IMG/VR virus record: IMGVR_UViG_3300031553_000005
Location: 1-49,222 of that record
Strand: one strand, 5' to 3'
DNA from: a virus
Length of the DNA: 49,222 bases
Of the stretch, positions 15,709-23,755 are shown piece after piece (positions within the stretch are counted from its first letter, which is position 1; every line of letters starts with the position of its first letter). A program made the translations under genes and the position numbers. Under the pieces are notes generated by a model. It was given only the letters and a program-made list of their open reading frames with translations. It did no database searches and had not been told where the DNA came from.

Positions 15709-16174
15709 CAGACACCGCCAGGAGGTGGACAGGGCGGCGCCATGTCCGGAGGCTGGCTTTCCTGTTTCCGGTTTCCATACTCCAGTAGGAACTACAACTA
15801 CTCTCCGCGATGCGGAGCGGAAACAGACTCGATCCTTCCGTGACTGGTGCGCCTGGGTGCAGGAGAAGACCGACTCCCGTCAGGTCTGGAACGGGCGCTA
15901 CCGAGACACCTGGAACCACTACCTCGAGACCTTCGGCTTGGAAGTGATGGTGGGCCTGCTCATGGAGCGGGACTTCGAGCTGGTGGAGTATGCGATCAAG
16001 GCCCTGCAGGCGGTCGAGCGGCACCCAAAGTCAGCTTACATCCAGACGGTCTGTCGGGAGCGATACCTGGCGGCACAGAAGGCGGAAGACACGGCGGCCA
16101 TGACGGAGGTGATCGACGAGGCGGTGGACTTCAACGGGCTGGCGGCGCAGCTGGCCGGAGAATGGTCGGTATGA
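15692..16174 (+). CDS. Hypothetical protein (start uncertain; N-terminal about 50 codons coincide with iteron-like repeats)
   Basis: The C-terminal two thirds look protein-like (WNHYLETFGLEVMVGLLMERDFELVEYAIKALQAVE); stop overlaps the next ATG. Confidence 0.45.
   Translation: MTNEDSRHRQEVDRAAPCPEAGFPVSGFHTPVGTTTTLRDAERKQTRSFRDWCAWVQEKTDSRQVWNGRYRDTWNHYLETFGLEVMVGLLMERDFELVEYAIKALQAVERHPKSAYIQTVCRERYLAAQKAEDTAAMTEVIDEAVDFNGLAAQLAGEWSV
15758..15825. repeat. Iteron-like repeats and inverted repeats (candidate replication origin)
   Basis: TTTCC at 15758, 15765 and 15772 (7-bp phase); TGTTTCCG (15763) inverted with CGGAAACA (15818); AACTAC x2; CTCCGCgatGCGGAG hairpin at 15803..15817. Confidence 0.3.
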
Positions 16175-16626
16175 GCCGCAGGAAGACAAGGCCCGTCCCC
16201 AATTCTGAAGACTATGCCGAGAAGCTCAAGAATCCTAGATGGCAGAAGAAGAGACTTCAGATACTTGAGCGAGACGGGTGGATGTGCCAGCGATGCCTCG
16301 ACACGGAGACAACACTTCACGTGCACCACAGAACATATGTCAGCGGCCGGGAGCCATGGGATGTGCCGGACGAGCTCTTGGTGACTCTCTGTGAGGGCTG
16401 TCACAAGGAGGAAACCGAAAGGCGAAAGGCCTACGAGAAGCAGCTTCTTGAGGCACTACGGTACCACTTCTTCTTCGACGATATAGAAGAACTCGCCGTG
16501 GCGTTCGCGGACATGAAAAGCGATCACCGGGGCAGCACCATCTCTTCTGCGTTGAGCCACGTGATCAGCGATGAATCGAGCCTGGCAATTCTTGTCGAGG
16601 CATACATGGACCACATTGGAGCATGA
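16171..16626 (+). CDS. HNH endonuclease (small YajD-like type)
   Basis: RWQKKRLQILERDGWMCQRCLDTETTLHVHHRTY...LVTLCEGCH. Confidence 0.8.
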   Translation: MSRRKTRPVPNSEDYAEKLKNPRWQKKRLQILERDGWMCQRCLDTETTLHVHHRTYVSGREPWDVPDELLVTLCEGCHKEETERRKAYEKQLLEALRYHFFFDDIEELAVAFADMKSDHRGSTISSALSHVISDESSLAILVEAYMDHIGA

Positions 16627-16636
16627 GGGGGCCGCA

Positions 16637-16840
16637 ATGAGGTGTCGATGCCAGCGCTACGAGGGCCGGATCCGGGTGGTCGCGGCCGATGGGACCGAGC
16701 GGATGGTCTGCTGGTCCTGCTACTTCCGCGAAGGCTGGAACGTGGAGAAGGAGCCTCTCGTCCAGCGCCGGACGGTCCCGACCCGGCAGGTGCCGGGCAA
16801 GATGGTGGGCTCTGAGATCATCGCGCAGGGGGCACGATGA
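16637..16840 (+). CDS. Small Cys-containing protein
   Basis: GAGGGGG upstream; MRCRCQRYEG...MVCWSCYF; stop overlaps the XRE gene start. Confidence 0.45.
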   Translation: MRCRCQRYEGRIRVVAADGTERMVCWSCYFREGWNVEKEPLVQRRTVPTRQVPGKMVGSEIIAQGAR

Positions 16841-17271
16841 GCGCGGCCCCTACCTTCGCCGAGCGCTTGGCGTCCGCCCGGGAGCGCCAGGGCTTGAACC
16901 GTAACGAGTTGGCCGATCGGCTCGGGACTACCTATGCGAATATCTACTCCTACGAGAGCGGGAAGAGCCAGCCCAGTGTCGACCGTCTGGCGGTGCTCTG
17001 CCGGGCGCTGGAGATCTCGGCCGACGAGCTGCTGGGGATCGAGAAGCGGGAGGATCCGCCCGAGCTGAGTGGGGAACGGCACGTCAGCCGGCCCATCGAG
17101 CGGGATCTGCCCAACCGGCTTCTGGCCTGGAGACGGGCGGCCGGGGAGGTCCGGGCCCGCCTCGAGGATCCTGCCCAGCTCAAGCTGATCGCCGCCGCCG
17201 ACGAGGCCCTGGACGCCCTGCTGTGCCGGCTGCTGCCCGAGGTGATCCGGCTGGGGGCGGGGAAGTCCTGA
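16837..17271 (+). CDS. XRE-family HTH regulator
   Basis: FAERLASARERQGLNRNELADRLGTTYANIYSYESGKSQPSVDRLAVLCRALEISADELLG. Confidence 0.8.
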   Translation: MSAAPTFAERLASARERQGLNRNELADRLGTTYANIYSYESGKSQPSVDRLAVLCRALEISADELLGIEKREDPPELSGERHVSRPIERDLPNRLLAWRRAAGEVRARLEDPAQLKLIAAADEALDALLCRLLPEVIRLGAGKS

Positions 17272-17519
17272 TGTGCCGTTGGGGGACAAGCAGGATGGTC
17301 CGGCTCTGCCAGCCGAAGGAGGTCAGCGGCCGGACCGAGGTACCGGTGGACGCCTGTATCGCCCCCCTGGTGCAGATGCTCAATGACTTCGGTGTGCACA
17401 CCACCGGGGCCTGCTGCGGACACAGCAAGGCCCCGGGGTGGATCTCCTATGAGCAGGACGGTGAACAACGAGAGATGAGGATCCAGACGAACTGCCAGGA
17501 GACGCCAGCCCATGCCTGA
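17271..17519 (+). CDS. Cys-rich protein with ACCGH motif
   Basis: TGATG overlap; VDACIAPLVQMLNDFGVHTTGACCGHSKAPGWI. Confidence 0.5.
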   Translation: MCRWGTSRMVRLCQPKEVSGRTEVPVDACIAPLVQMLNDFGVHTTGACCGHSKAPGWISYEQDGEQREMRIQTNCQETPAHA

Positions 17520-17910
17520 GCTGTCCGTCCTGCCCGCCTGGCGCTCCCAGGCCTACCGCGACTTCCTGCGCGACCACATCACCTGGTGCCAGCGGTGCGG
17601 AGCTGCAGGACCCACCGAGGAGGCACACGGTCCTCGGCGCCGGCCGTGGATAGGGATGGTCCACGGCACGTTCAGTCCCGGCCGGGAAAAGGCGTCGGAC
17701 TTCTCCATCCTCCGGGAGTGCCACGCCTGCAACATGCTGGAGAGCGACGATCCCCGCGGTGCCTGGCCGGACCCCCGAGAGCGGGACCGGATCGCGCTGC
17801 AGAATCTGATCGCCTATGTCGCCCACCTGGACCCGGGCATCAACCTCGAGGCGGAGATCCTGGAGTGGGTGCAGGAGAGGGTGGCCGAAATGGAGACCGA
17901 ACATGGCTGA
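17512..17910 (+). CDS. DUF968-like zinc/HNH-fold protein
   Basis: WRSQAYRDFLRDHITWCQRCG...EEAH...KASDFSILRECHACN. Confidence 0.4.
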   Translation: MPELSVLPAWRSQAYRDFLRDHITWCQRCGAAGPTEEAHGPRRRPWIGMVHGTFSPGREKASDFSILRECHACNMLESDDPRGAWPDPRERDRIALQNLIAYVAHLDPGINLEAEILEWVQERVAEMETEHG

Positions 17911-18085
17911 TCACAGCAAGAAGGACAACGGGGCGCTATACGCGGCCGCGGGCTGGCTGATGATGGTGCTGGCCGTCTCCTTATTCCAGGTGGTCGGGCT
18001 GATCCGGGGCGGGCTATGTGAGGCTGGCATGTTCGCGACGGTCTACGCGGTGGGCTACTGGATGGGGTGGAAGCGGAAGGACTGA
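17903..18085 (+). CDS. Two-TM small membrane protein
   Basis: LYAAAGWLMMVLAVSLFQVVGLI and GMFATVYAVGYWMGW. Confidence 0.5.
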   Translation: MADHSKKDNGALYAAAGWLMMVLAVSLFQVVGLIRGGLCEAGMFATVYAVGYWMGWKRKD

Positions 18086-18107
18086 AGCCAGGAGAGGAGA
18101 GCGAGGG

Positions 18108-18326
18108 ATGAGACCGACCAGATACGAGATTCTAGTCCGCGAGGTCCCGAGCGGCCGGTGCACCGTGACGCTTAAGATCAAGTTTCACGGCGAGCCGGAG
18201 CGACGCGTGCCCCTTGGGAGCCGTACGACCTGGAGCCGGGCATGGGCGTTGGCGCACCGAGAGGCGCGGGCCATCTGCGCCGTACGCCTGCGGGAGACCC
18301 GTGATGGCGAGGCCCGTGATGCCTGA
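18108..18326 (+). CDS. Hypothetical basic protein
   Basis: GAGGAGAGCGAGGG upstream of the ATG; 72 aa. Confidence 0.45.
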   Translation: MRPTRYEILVREVPSGRCTVTLKIKFHGEPERRVPLGSRTTWSRAWALAHREARAICAVRLRETRDGEARDA

Positions 18327-18351
18327 CCGGACGTGCGGGACGTGCAAAAAG

Positions 18352-18367
18352 TTAAGCAAGTGCTTAA
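18352..18367. promoter_or_regulatory. Perfect palindrome TTAAGCA-ag-TGCTTAA in an AT-richer 143-bp intergenic gap
   Basis: 7-bp arms. Preceded by GACGTGC GGGACGTGC direct repeats (18330..18346). This is the largest gap inside the early operon. Confidence 0.4.
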
Positions 18368-18469
18368 TCGACCTTGCTGAAACCTGTAGTCCCGGAGATA
18401 AGGCACCTCCATTTGACCTTCATAAAGCCCGACCCGACTGCTGGACTCCCCGCCAGGAAGGAGAGGACG

Positions 18470-18856
18470 ATGAGTGAGCCGACGAGATACAGGCCGTACT
18501 ACTTTGCCCTTGATGACGAAGTAGTTATGCACGACGAGGACGACGGCGAGTACGTCACCTACGCTGACCACGTGGCCCGCCTTGAAGCGGCAGAACGGAT
18601 AGCAGATGACCTTGTAGCCTGTGCTCATGTGAACGGGCACAGTCAGTTGGATAGGGCGAAGAAGAAGGGTGACGAGGGGGATAGTGAAGGAGCGAACTGG
18701 CATCAGGGCTATTGGGTAGCCTGTGAGGAGATTCTTATGCGAGCGGAGGACGAGCACGGCATCGACAGACGCGAGGCTTTGGCCAGAATGGAAAAGCGAT
18801 GGGATGAGGAACCCGAGTCTGCCCCCACCCCGGAGGTGTCCCATGATAACCGTTGA
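18470..18856 (+). CDS. Highly acidic protein (DNA-mimic / anti-restriction candidate)
   Basis: GGAGAGGA upstream; 128 aa rich in D/E (HDEDDGEY, DEGDSEG, WDEEPES); lower-GC DNA. Confidence 0.5.
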   Translation: MSEPTRYRPYYFALDDEVVMHDEDDGEYVTYADHVARLEAAERIADDLVACAHVNGHSQLDRAKKKGDEGDSEGANWHQGYWVACEEILMRAEDEHGIDRREALARMEKRWDEEPESAPTPEVSHDNR

Positions 18857-19046
18857 CGGCAAGAAATATCGAGTGACAGAGAACCTCGGTTTCCAGGGCG
18901 GCTATTACGCCAAAGTTGTTGCAACCGATACCGGGGAGCGCGTTGCAGTGAAAAGGGGAGGCCAGTGGACATGGTGGAAAGCACAAGACCGTCTACGGCC
19001 CGGAGGACAATACGTTGGACAAACCCCGGAGGCACACGATGAGTAA
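18843..19046 (+). CDS. Hypothetical protein
   Basis: 67 aa; overlaps neighbours at both ends. Confidence 0.45.
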   Translation: MITVDGKKYRVTENLGFQGGYYAKVVATDTGERVAVKRGGQWTWWKAQDRLRPGGQYVGQTPEAHDE

Positions 19047-19437
19047 GATGGCAGACTTCGCAGCCGAACTTGAGGACTTGCGATCAGAGAACGCCGCTCT
19101 CCACTCCCGCCTCCAAGCGGCAGAGCGGGTGCTGAACGCCACCAACCTGATAAAACCCTACATGCTCACCGAACCCGGCACAATCGAACCGATACGTATA
19201 GCACTAAAGATAATCGCAGAGGAGAGGGAAGCTTGCCACGATGCCCCCACCCCGGAGGAACACCCGATACTCGGGGCAATGCGGGCGCTGACCGACGGTG
19301 GCCTACTCGTGTACCGGCGACCCGACGGAAGGGAAGGATACCACGTCGTGGACTTGAGCGCGGAGAGGCTTCGGGCGGCCCGCGACGCGGCTTTCCCTCC
19401 GGAACGAACCCCCACCGAGGAGCCCTCCCATGCCTGA
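19039..19437 (+). CDS. Hypothetical protein with N-terminal coiled-coil segment
   Basis: 132 aa; AAELEDLRSENAALHSRLQAAERVL. Confidence 0.45.
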   Translation: MSKMADFAAELEDLRSENAALHSRLQAAERVLNATNLIKPYMLTEPGTIEPIRIALKIIAEEREACHDAPTPEEHPILGAMRALTDGGLLVYRRPDGREGYHVVDLSAERLRAARDAAFPPERTPTEEPSHA

Positions 19438-19699
19438 CCGACAGACGGTGACCGTGGGTGGAGTCGGCGTGTTCGAGAAGGTGGGAGACTCCTGGTATCA
19501 CGAAGGAGCCCCCCAGCATCCAGAAAAGAGATACTACCTCAACACCATTCTGGCCGAGAAGCAACGACGGGAGCAGGCCGAGGCCGACGTGCGGTTTCTG
19601 CTGACACTTGCGCCAAAGTGCCCGTTCTACTACTCGGACCGTGTCGGCCTTGATTCTGTTCGTGCCCGCTACCCCCAAGAGGAGGCAGACCCCGCGTGA
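19430..19699 (+). CDS. Hypothetical protein
   Basis: 89 aa; overlapping starts and stops. Confidence 0.45.
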   Translation: MPDRQTVTVGGVGVFEKVGDSWYHEGAPQHPEKRYYLNTILAEKQRREQAEADVRFLLTLAPKCPFYYSDRVGLDSVRARYPQEEADPA

Positions 19700-19956
19700 C
19701 CCCAGCCGCCCTGATCTTGCCCCACCTGGGAGCGAAGTCCTGGACCGAGCTCTACGAGCGCACGGTATCGGGTCCTCGAGAGGGGGATCTCATGCAGGCG
19801 CTCCTGAGCGAAGGACTGGTCAGTGAGGTAGATCTGCGCAAGAGAATGATCCGTGAGAGACTGCAAGGAGCAAAGAGCAAGACTGACGAGGCCCGTGCGA
19901 TCGCCGACCGCTACGGCATGACGGAATCCGCAGTACGGAGTATGGCCTACCGATAA
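19696..19956 (+). CDS. Small protein with C-terminal sigma-region-4-like HTH (late-gene regulator candidate)
   Basis: TDEARAIADRYGMTESAVRSMAYR at the C-terminus; last gene before the hairpin and the packaging operon. Confidence 0.4.
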   Translation: MTPAALILPHLGAKSWTELYERTVSGPREGDLMQALLSEGLVSEVDLRKRMIRERLQGAKSKTDEARAIADRYGMTESAVRSMAYR

Positions 19957-20134
19957 GTTGTTGCAATCGTGCCACAACCGGCACTTTCCCACTGACAATT
20001 GCCATACCTCTGCCGCATGATGGAATAGAAGGGTTGATCGTCGACTCCGGAGGGGGACATCGGCGGTGATCACTTCTCCCGGGGCCTAAACTCCCCCCAG
20101 GGTTCCTCCCCGGGGACATAGTAGTCGGACCGAG

Positions 20135-20175
20135 CCCCCCGTTGTCACGTGACGGCAGCGGGGGGTTGTCTATTT
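20135..20175 (+). terminator. Terminator-like nested hairpin followed by T-rich tract
   Basis: CCCCCCG tt GTCACGTGAC ggcag CGGGGGG ttgtctattt; 7-bp GC stem enclosing a 10-bp palindrome. Confidence 0.45.
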
Positions 20176-20185
20176 GGAGGATGCT

Positions 20186-21368
20186 GTGGCGGCAAAGCTC
20201 AACATCGAGATGGTCGCTCCCCGGGATCTGAATCCCGCTGCATATAATCCCAGAAAAATCAGTGAGGAAGCCCTTCGGCGCCTGCGCCGCGGGATCCGCG
20301 AGTTCGGAATGGTGGACCCCATCGTGGCGAGGCGTAAGGGCAAGGTCGTCATTGGTGGCCACCAGCGGCTACGAGCTGCCATCGAGGAGGGGATAACCGA
20401 GGTACCCGTGGTGTTCCTATCAGGCCTGAGCGAAGAGAAGGCCAAGGCGCTGAACGTCCTGCTGAACAACCCGGGCGCCCAGGGCGAGTGGGACACCGGG
20501 AAACTTGAGGAGTTGCTTTCCGAGCTGGACGCCGACGGATTCGACATAACACTGACCGGATTCGATGACGACGAACTCGCCAAGATGCTCAACCGTGGAG
20601 ACGGGAGTGAGGACGAGTTCGACCCCGAGCCCCCCACGAAGCCGAAGTCGAAGCGCGGCGAGGTGTACGAACTCGGACCGCACCGCCTGATGTACGGGGA
20701 TGCGACGAGCGCGGAGGACGTGGGGATTCTTCTGGCCGGGGTGGAACCCCACCTCATGGTCACCGATCCGCCATACGGGGTGGGATACTCTCCGGAGTGG
20801 CGAGCCCAGGCCGGTGTCAACCGCAACAAGAAGAAGCTGGGGAACATCACCAACGACAACCGTGCCGACTGGCGTGAGGCCTGGGCACTCTTCCCTGGCT
20901 CAGTCGCCTATGTGTGGCACGAAGCCCTCCATGCACCAGTAGTGCTGGAGAGCCTCATCGCGGTCGGATTCCAGGTGCGAAGCCAGATTATCTGGGTCAA
21001 GGACCGGTTCGCTCTTAGCCGAGGCCACTATCATTGGCAGCACGAGCCCTGCTGGTATGTGGTCAGGGGGGGGGGGGCACTGGACCGGAGGACGCGGGCA
21101 GTCGACGGTGTGGCACATCCCGGCACGAGAGGACTCCGGCCATGGGCATGGAGCCCAGAAGCCGGTCGAGGCCATGCGGCGCCCGATGCTTAACAATTCC
21201 TCCCCGGGGCAGGCTGTATACGACCCCTTCGTCGGTTCCGGCACAACCATCATCGCAGCCGAGCAGACAGGAAGGGTCTGCTATGCGATGGAGATCGACC
21301 CGGGTTACTGCGATGTGGTGCGGAGACGCTATGCCGAGTTCACGGGCAGGCAGGAGCTCATGCCGTGA
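20186..21368 (+). pseudogene. ParB-like N-terminal domain fused to N6A/N4C DNA methyltransferase; frame broken at a G12 tract
   Basis: GTG at 20186, 5 nt after GGAGG. ParB-like VIGGHQRLRAAIEEG. Motif IV LMVTDPPYGV in frame 2. After GGGGGGGGGGGG the family sequence continues in frame 0 (GQSTVWHIP...HGAQKPVEAM...VYDPFVGSGTTIIAAEQTGRVCYAMEIDPGY). Confidence 0.8.
21066..21077 (+). repeat. Homopolymeric G12 tract
   Basis: Counted directly: ggtca + 12 g + cac. G11 or G14 would fuse the two methyltransferase halves. Confidence 0.95.
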
Positions 21369-21946
21369 GCACGGCGAAGAAGTCGAAGAAGAAGGCTGCC
21401 GCCAAGAAGAAGGCTCCAGCGAAGAAGAAAGCGCCAGCACGGAAGAAGAAGAACAAGACCGCGACCAAGAAAAAGACGGCCACGAGGAAGAAGAAGGCTC
21501 CGGCTAAAAAGAAGGTCGTGAAGAAGTCCTCAGCCAAGAAGGCGACCGCGAAGAAGAAGGCTCCGGCTAAAAAGAAGACCGCCGCCAAGAAAAGCAAGGG
21601 TGGACGGCCGCCGCTCAAACTCGATAAGCGGCAGATCGAGACCCTAGCCAAGATCAACTGCACCCATGAAGAGATAGCTGCCGTCATGGGCTGCTCGACC
21701 GACACAATCGCTCGCCGTTATGCGGAGCTAATAAACAAGGCTCGACTGGACGGAAGAAGCAGTCTGCGCCGTGCCCAGTGGGCGAAGGCGCTTGGCGGCA
21801 ATCCCACGATGTTGATTTGGCTAGGCAAGCAGGAGCTGGGGCAGAGAGACCGCCTCGAGCACGAGCACTCCGGGCCCGATGGAGGACCCATCCCGGGGCA
21901 GATCAACGTTCGACTGGTCAAGTCTGATGAGCCTGGCGACGGTTGA
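21365..21946 (+). CDS. terS: Terminase small subunit with about 78-aa Lys/Ala-rich histone-H1-like N-terminal extension
   Basis: KKAPAKKK-type repeats, then GGRPPLKLDKRQIETLAKINCTHEEIAAVMGCSTDTIARRY...GGNPTMLIWLGKQELGQRD (TerS HTH pattern); immediately upstream of terL. Confidence 0.7.
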   Translation: MSTAKKSKKKAAAKKKAPAKKKAPARKKKNKTATKKKTATRKKKAPAKKKVVKKSSAKKATAKKKAPAKKKTAAKKSKGGRPPLKLDKRQIETLAKINCTHEEIAAVMGCSTDTIARRYAELINKARLDGRSSLRRAQWAKALGGNPTMLIWLGKQELGQRDRLEHEHSGPDGGPIPGQINVRLVKSDEPGDG

Positions 21947-23132
21947 GGTCGAACTCCCGGAGGCCCTGAGCTTCCTGCTCGACCCCCCCCTGGGGAGTGT
22001 CCGCTACCGGGTGGCCTACGGAGGGCGGGGGAGTGCTAAGTCCTGGAACTATGCCCGGGCGCTCCTGCTCCACGGCACCCAGACACCCCTAAGAATCCTC
22101 TGCGCCCGGGAATACCAGGTCTCCATCCAGGATAGTGTCCACCAGCTACTATCCGACCAGGTGAGCGCAATGAGCCTGGACGGATTCTATGCGGTGCAGA
22201 AGAACGCTATCACCGGCATGAACGGCACCGACTTCCTCTTCAAGGGACTCCGAAGGAACATCCGGGAGATCAAGTCGACCGAGGGCATCGACATCTGCTG
22301 GGTGGAGGAGGCCGAGGCCGTCAGTGACCAGTCCTGGCGGATCCTGATCCCCACGGTCCGTAAGCCCGGCTCGGAGATCTGGGTGTCGTTCAACCCCGCC
22401 CTGGCATCTGATCCCACCTATCGCCGCTTCGTTCAGGATCCCCCCTCCCGTAGCATCGTCCGGTTTGTGTCCTGGAAGGACAACCCCTGGTTGCCGGAGG
22501 TGCTCCAGAACGAGGCCGAGGAGCTCCGCCGGAAAGATCCCGAGGCCCATGCCCACGTCTGGGGGGGCGAGCCCTGGCAGCGCTCTGACGCCCAGGTGCT
22601 GGCCGGCAAGTGGACGGTCGAGGACTTTGAGCCCCTGGAGAGCTGGGACGGTCCCTACTTCGGTGGCGATTGGGGCTTCGCCCTGGACCCCACCGTCCTC
22701 GTGAAGGTCTGGATCGCGGACTCTCGGCTCTACCTCGAGTACGACAACGGCGCCCCCCAGATGACCCTGGATGATATCGAACGAGAGTGGCGCAAGGTCC
22801 CGGATGCCGGCAAGTACGTGATCCGGGCGGACAGCGCGAGGCCGGAGACGATCAACGAGATGGCCTCCCGCGGCTGGCGTATCGAGGGCGTGAAGAAGTG
22901 GCCGGGATCCGTCGAGGACGGGATCGAACACCTCCGTAGCTATGAGAAGATCGTCATCCACCCGCGGTGCCGGCGGGCCCGGGAGGAGGCCCGGCTCTGG
23001 AGCTACAAGACCGACCCCCGCACCGACGACGTGCTGCCCAAGCTCAAGGACGGCTTCGAGCACGTCTGGGATGCCGTCCGCTATGCCCTGGCACCGATCA
23101 TCATGAAGGGCACGAACTTCATGTTCCGATGA
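21927..23132 (+). CDS. terL: Terminase large subunit (PBSX/Terminase_3-like)
   Basis: Walker A YGGRGSAKS, Walker B-like ICWVEEAE, nuclease half GGDWGF...IRADSARPE...VWDAVRYA. Alternative upstream start at 21879. Confidence 0.85.
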   Translation: MSLATVEVELPEALSFLLDPPLGSVRYRVAYGGRGSAKSWNYARALLLHGTQTPLRILCAREYQVSIQDSVHQLLSDQVSAMSLDGFYAVQKNAITGMNGTDFLFKGLRRNIREIKSTEGIDICWVEEAEAVSDQSWRILIPTVRKPGSEIWVSFNPALASDPTYRRFVQDPPSRSIVRFVSWKDNPWLPEVLQNEAEELRRKDPEAHAHVWGGEPWQRSDAQVLAGKWTVEDFEPLESWDGPYFGGDWGFALDPTVLVKVWIADSRLYLEYDNGAPQMTLDDIEREWRKVPDAGKYVIRADSARPETINEMASRGWRIEGVKKWPGSVEDGIEHLRSYEKIVIHPRCRRAREEARLWSYKTDPRTDDVLPKLKDGFEHVWDAVRYALAPIIMKGTNFMFR

Positions 23133-23755
23133 CGATCGCCTGCGTACTCCGAAGCGGTGGCGATTTCGACCGCCGGTGGGTAGAAGCCCTGAGAGTTGGC
23201 ATGGAGCTGCATGCCCCCGTGCATCGGTTCATCTGTCTCACCGACACCTCTTCAGAGCCCGACGACATCCCGCTCGAGCATGATTGGCCGAAGTGGTGGT
23301 CGAAGATGGAGCTCTTCCGCCCTGGGCTCTTCAGTGGACCTGTGCTGTACGTGGACCTGGACACGCTACCGGTGGGGGACCTCTCGCAGATTGCCGGCTA
23401 CCGCGGTCCGCTGGCGATGCTCAGCGACTTCTACAAACCGAGCAGGGCGCAGAGCGGGGTGATGGCCTTCACGCCGGGCCCGGTTACCGAGGGCCTATGG
23501 GAGATGTGGATCGCCAATACCGCGATGCAGATACACCGCTACCGCGGGGATGGGGAGTGGCTGCACGCCCACTGCGGTCCCGATCGGCTGCAGGAGCTCT
23601 TCCCGGGCCAGATCGTGAGTCTGAAAACACACTGCAAGCCACCGAAAGCGAAAGGGCCGCCGAAGGGGGCGAGACTGGTGTGTCTGCATGGTAGGCCGCG
23701 TCCCAACAGCCCAAAGGCAGGCTGGGCATACGACCTGTGGAAGGAGCGAGCATGA
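23129..23755 (+). CDS. Glycosyltransferase, GT-A fold-like (DxD)
   Basis: ATGA overlap with terL stop; WWSKMELFRPGLFSGPVLYVDLDTLPVGDL...SGVMAF...GDGEWL. Confidence 0.6.
   Translation: MTIACVLRSGGDFDRRWVEALRVGMELHAPVHRFICLTDTSSEPDDIPLEHDWPKWWSKMELFRPGLFSGPVLYVDLDTLPVGDLSQIAGYRGPLAMLSDFYKPSRAQSGVMAFTPGPVTEGLWEMWIANTAMQIHRYRGDGEWLHAHCGPDRLQELFPGQIVSLKTHCKPPKAKGPPKGARLVCLHGRPRPNSPKAGWAYDLWKERA

Noticed and set aside
16837-17519. XRE-HTH gene overlapping a small downstream ORF as a toxin-antitoxin pair
   Set aside because: The downstream Cys-rich ACCGH protein resembles no toxin family I recognise. It has a paralogous motif in 13297..13533, and the overlap style is the same as everywhere else in the operon.
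11629-18341. Shared 12-mer GACGTGCGGGAC at 11629 and 18330, both in non-coding-looking DNA
   Set aside because: By a rough estimate, dozens of identical 12-mer pairs are expected by chance in 49 kb, so this is not evidence of a common regulatory site.
21358-21705. Phe-rich 115-aa minus-strand ORF
   Set aside because: It is simply the reverse complement of the AAG/GCC (Lys/Ala) repeats of TerS.
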